Assembly (NCBI GenBank): GCA_017499595.2
Contig: CM039000.1
Coordinates: 3,658,001-3,722,000 of the forward strand
DNA length: 64,000 bases
Reading direction: 5' to 3'
DNA from: Psilocybe cubensis
Lineage: Eukaryota
Part shown: in pieces, positions 61,094-64,000 of the stretch
Numbering within the stretch: the first letter of the stretch is position 1
Layout: each line of letters opens with the position of its first letter
Notes under the pieces: model-generated
Told to the model about the DNA's origin: nothing
Seen by the model: the letters and a program-made list of their open reading frames with translations, nothing else
Databases searched by the model: none
Made by a program: the position numbers and the translations under genes

Positions 61094-64000
61094 GTTCCAG
61101 GGCCAGGGCCAATGCCAGGAAGCGATTAAGGTCTGGTGCTGCGCATGCGCTTGGGATTGGGATTGGGTTGGGCGGTGCTTTGTTCTGCCCTTCCTAATCT
61201 TCCTCCTTTCCTCCTCTCCTCCTCCCTATTCCCTATTCCCTATTCCCTCCTCCGACACCTCCGATACACTATACTCAACTCGATTCCTTTCATTTGATTT
61301 TGACTTGATTTGGCTTACTCGACCTCGACTTTTTAACTTACTTTGTATTCGCCACGACTTACATACCGACCCGACCCGACCGACGACAGTCATTACCCCG
61401 CCGACCTCGACCTCTTACCACTGCTACACACACCACACACCACACACACACGTACACCACATACATGCACCTTCACTTTTACTCAACCTCGTATTAATTA
61501 ATGACCCCCGCGTTGCGTTTTCTTATTTAAAGTACATAATCTGCTCCACCTGACAGAACCCAGAACACTTCTGAATCCGTTCTTTACGTTGGCTTCGTTT
61601 GCGTTTTTTTTTGTCGAATTTTGTCGAATTTTGTTTTGTAGCTTGCTTCTTCTTTTCCTCCTTCTCCCTTCCTACCTCTCCTTCTCTCTACCTCTCTCTC
61701 TTTTTGTTGTCTTTTTAATTCTCTGTGCAGTCAGACCGAACCAGACCAGACCAGACCAGACGAGAAAAGCGTCCCGCGCTTTCTTCACTCACCATTCTCC
61801 ACTCACCATTCCCCACTCTCACTCTCACTCTCACTCTCCACGTCTTCTCCAACGATCGTTGTCTTGTTTTTAATATTTTTTTATTCTTGGGTAGCGTATA
61901 TAGGCTTCTGCGTCGATGGAGATGGAGATGGGCACAGGTTCAAGTCCAAGTTGACGGGTAGGGTAGATAGTTAGAGTCAACCAACCCCCCGTCATGCCAC
62001 GACCACGACGCGTGCCGGATGGACGCTTTGTAGTGTACACTAACATAAGTACGATATTACTCAAAAAAAATTTTCGATTTCGATTTTCGATTTTTGATGC
62101 TCTCAGTGGTTTTTACTTTACCTGATTTCTGGTTTCTGCTTCTGCTTCTGCTTCTCCTTCAGCTCCGATTTTCACCTTTTTGCGAGCCGGTCTAAATTTT
62201 AACTTCAGACTACAGACTTCCAAAGCTTCAGACGTCTGATATAGTAGGCTTTGAATTTTGACTTGCTTCATAGAGCGTTTTAGCTTAGATATTTAGAAGC
62301 TAGCTTGTATTGTTTTTCTTAATCCATACCGTGCTTGTCCCCAGCTTGAGTCTCCCTGCATATCCTACAGTCCAAGTATTCCATTTAACTGAACGTCTAA
62401 ATTCATTCATCTTCATTAGATAGCTTACCTACACACTGTTCTCAGTTCCACCCATATTCAAGCAGACCGAACACAAAGGGGTAAAAAATTAACAATCCCT
62501 CCTCATTTTCGAATCATGTCGATGATAACCGGGAAAGAAAATTACTAAATCTCCCCTGGTGCCTAGACTCCTCGACCAAAAGGTGTTCGATTCCCTTGTA
62601 CCCTACACACTACATAAGCTTCAAACACACTCAAGTTAATTCTACACACATGTTAACTGACAGTGTATACCCACGGTATGCCAAATGAAAAGGAGAAAAA
62701 CAGCCATCTACAAATTCCCCACTCGTCTTTCACGATCTCGTCAATCGACAGCCCCCCCCCCCCCCCCCTCAAGTTCGATCCTCCCTCCCGAGTTTCCGAG
62801 TTTTCCGACTCTCCGACTCTCCGTCCGTCCATCCGGCATCAAAATTGAAAATCTGTTTTTCTTAATTTTAAACATTCTGTGTGAAGCCGTGCTATTTTTA
62901 AAACCCAATAATGGCCCTTGGGGGAAAAAATAAATGGGATCAGGATCAGACATTTTTGCGAAGTCCTGAACGTTGAACTCCCATTGGCCCAACGGACTCT
63001 TTCAGTCAGCCGCGTCGATCAGAAAATCAGAGAAGGAATTTCGACGGGACGCGTATGTAAGTATAGATTATACGGACGGGTACACGTCCCATCACGATCA
63101 AGCATGTGTGTAAGCATGTGGTTAATTCTAATTAAACGGACAAAACGTCTTGAAGAACTTGGGCACAAGGATAAGGATGAGGAACAAGGACACGAACGAG
63201 GCGCGTGTGTAACGTCTATACAATCATCCCATAACTTTGTTGTCCGTGTTAGCGAGCGAGTGGGCCCACCAGCCCATACGACGCGCCGAATATCTTCACA
63301 CTTTGCATAGTTCTGCGACGGATGTACAGGGCTTGATAATCACAATCATGCATCAGTCTGGACGTTCTCTGAATCCGAATCCCATGTTTCATTGGCTGTA
63401 GCAAGGTTAGTGATTGAAGAGAAGCCTGAAAATTTACCGCACAATTTGCGCACCGCAGGGTGCAAAGAGGGGAAAGGACAGTGTGAGTTTGTGTGTATGT
63501 AAGGACCTTTGGCAGGTCATATCAGGCCACGGTGAAGCGAGGTGACACGACCGGGACAGATTCGAGTCCGGTGAGAAAAGATGTGAACCATCGAAAAGAA
63601 GAGGCCCTGAATGAACATTGCCGGGTGTAAGCATAGTACATTCAGAGTCAGAGTAATGCATACGCATAAGCTTCGTAGCTGACAGTGGCTGAGCAGTGAA
63701 ATGTAAATAGTAAGCTACGAGCCGAACAGCGGCTCCGCGAAGGAACGTATGATTCCCGTCAAATTAATGAACTGAAAAGGAATGAACAGAATGACAATAG
63801 GGCATTGCATTACTTAGCCAGGGCACGATATGTTAATCGAAGCGACATGTGCGTCAAAAAATAGCTCATGGCGTTCCTTGCCCAAACAAAACATAAGCGA
63901 TGGTGCCGTATGCTTTGGCGGTACCTGCAAATACCGCCCGCAAGTCAAACTCCCCATGTCCCTGGTGAGTTACCATTGTGCACGGATGCATGAATGGAAT

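Larger units (their letters stand above)
47400..62900. repeat. Microsatellite- and homopolymer-dense zone (introns and intergenic DNA)
   Basis: For example (GAGAGT)n near 49060, (GATTAT)n near 53455, (GACACA)n near 54875, (GACTTT)n near 60720, and poly-T/poly-G at 59416-59463. Confidence 0.85.

Noticed and set aside
62900-64000. Possible 3' exons of a minus-strand gene entering from the right edge
   Set aside because: Splice-like signals are present, but I could not establish a consistent frame or a recognisable motif.

Overview
Intron-rich fungal genomic DNA, with gene content typical of an agaric basidiomycete (inferred). The main discovery is a 27,027-bp mobile element at 10250-37276. It has 23-bp terminal inverted repeats (CAAGGGGGTGCCGG[T/G]GTTCAAAA) and an exact 8-bp target-site duplication (GAAGTTGA), and it splits a host exon whose frame is restored when the element is removed. 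These ends are hAT-like, yet I see no DDE transposase inside. It carries an intact 8.3-kb Helitron-type HUH-Rep/PIF1 helicase ORF with a C-terminal USP-like protease, plus cargo: two F-box/nucleotidyltransferase-like genes, two putative OB-fold genes, a Zn2Cys6 protein and a JmjC protein. Eight copies of a 41-bp palindrome sit at four intergenic sites and bracket the Rep-helicase. The flanks hold three tandem single-pass membrane paralogues, three possibly gasdermin-like paralogues (one pseudogene, one split by the element), three small beta-rich paralogues, a TFIIIC WD40 subunit, an MDR oxidoreductase, a GT2 and a GH16, the last genes in a microsatellite-rich zone. Exon boundaries were read by eye and are approximate.
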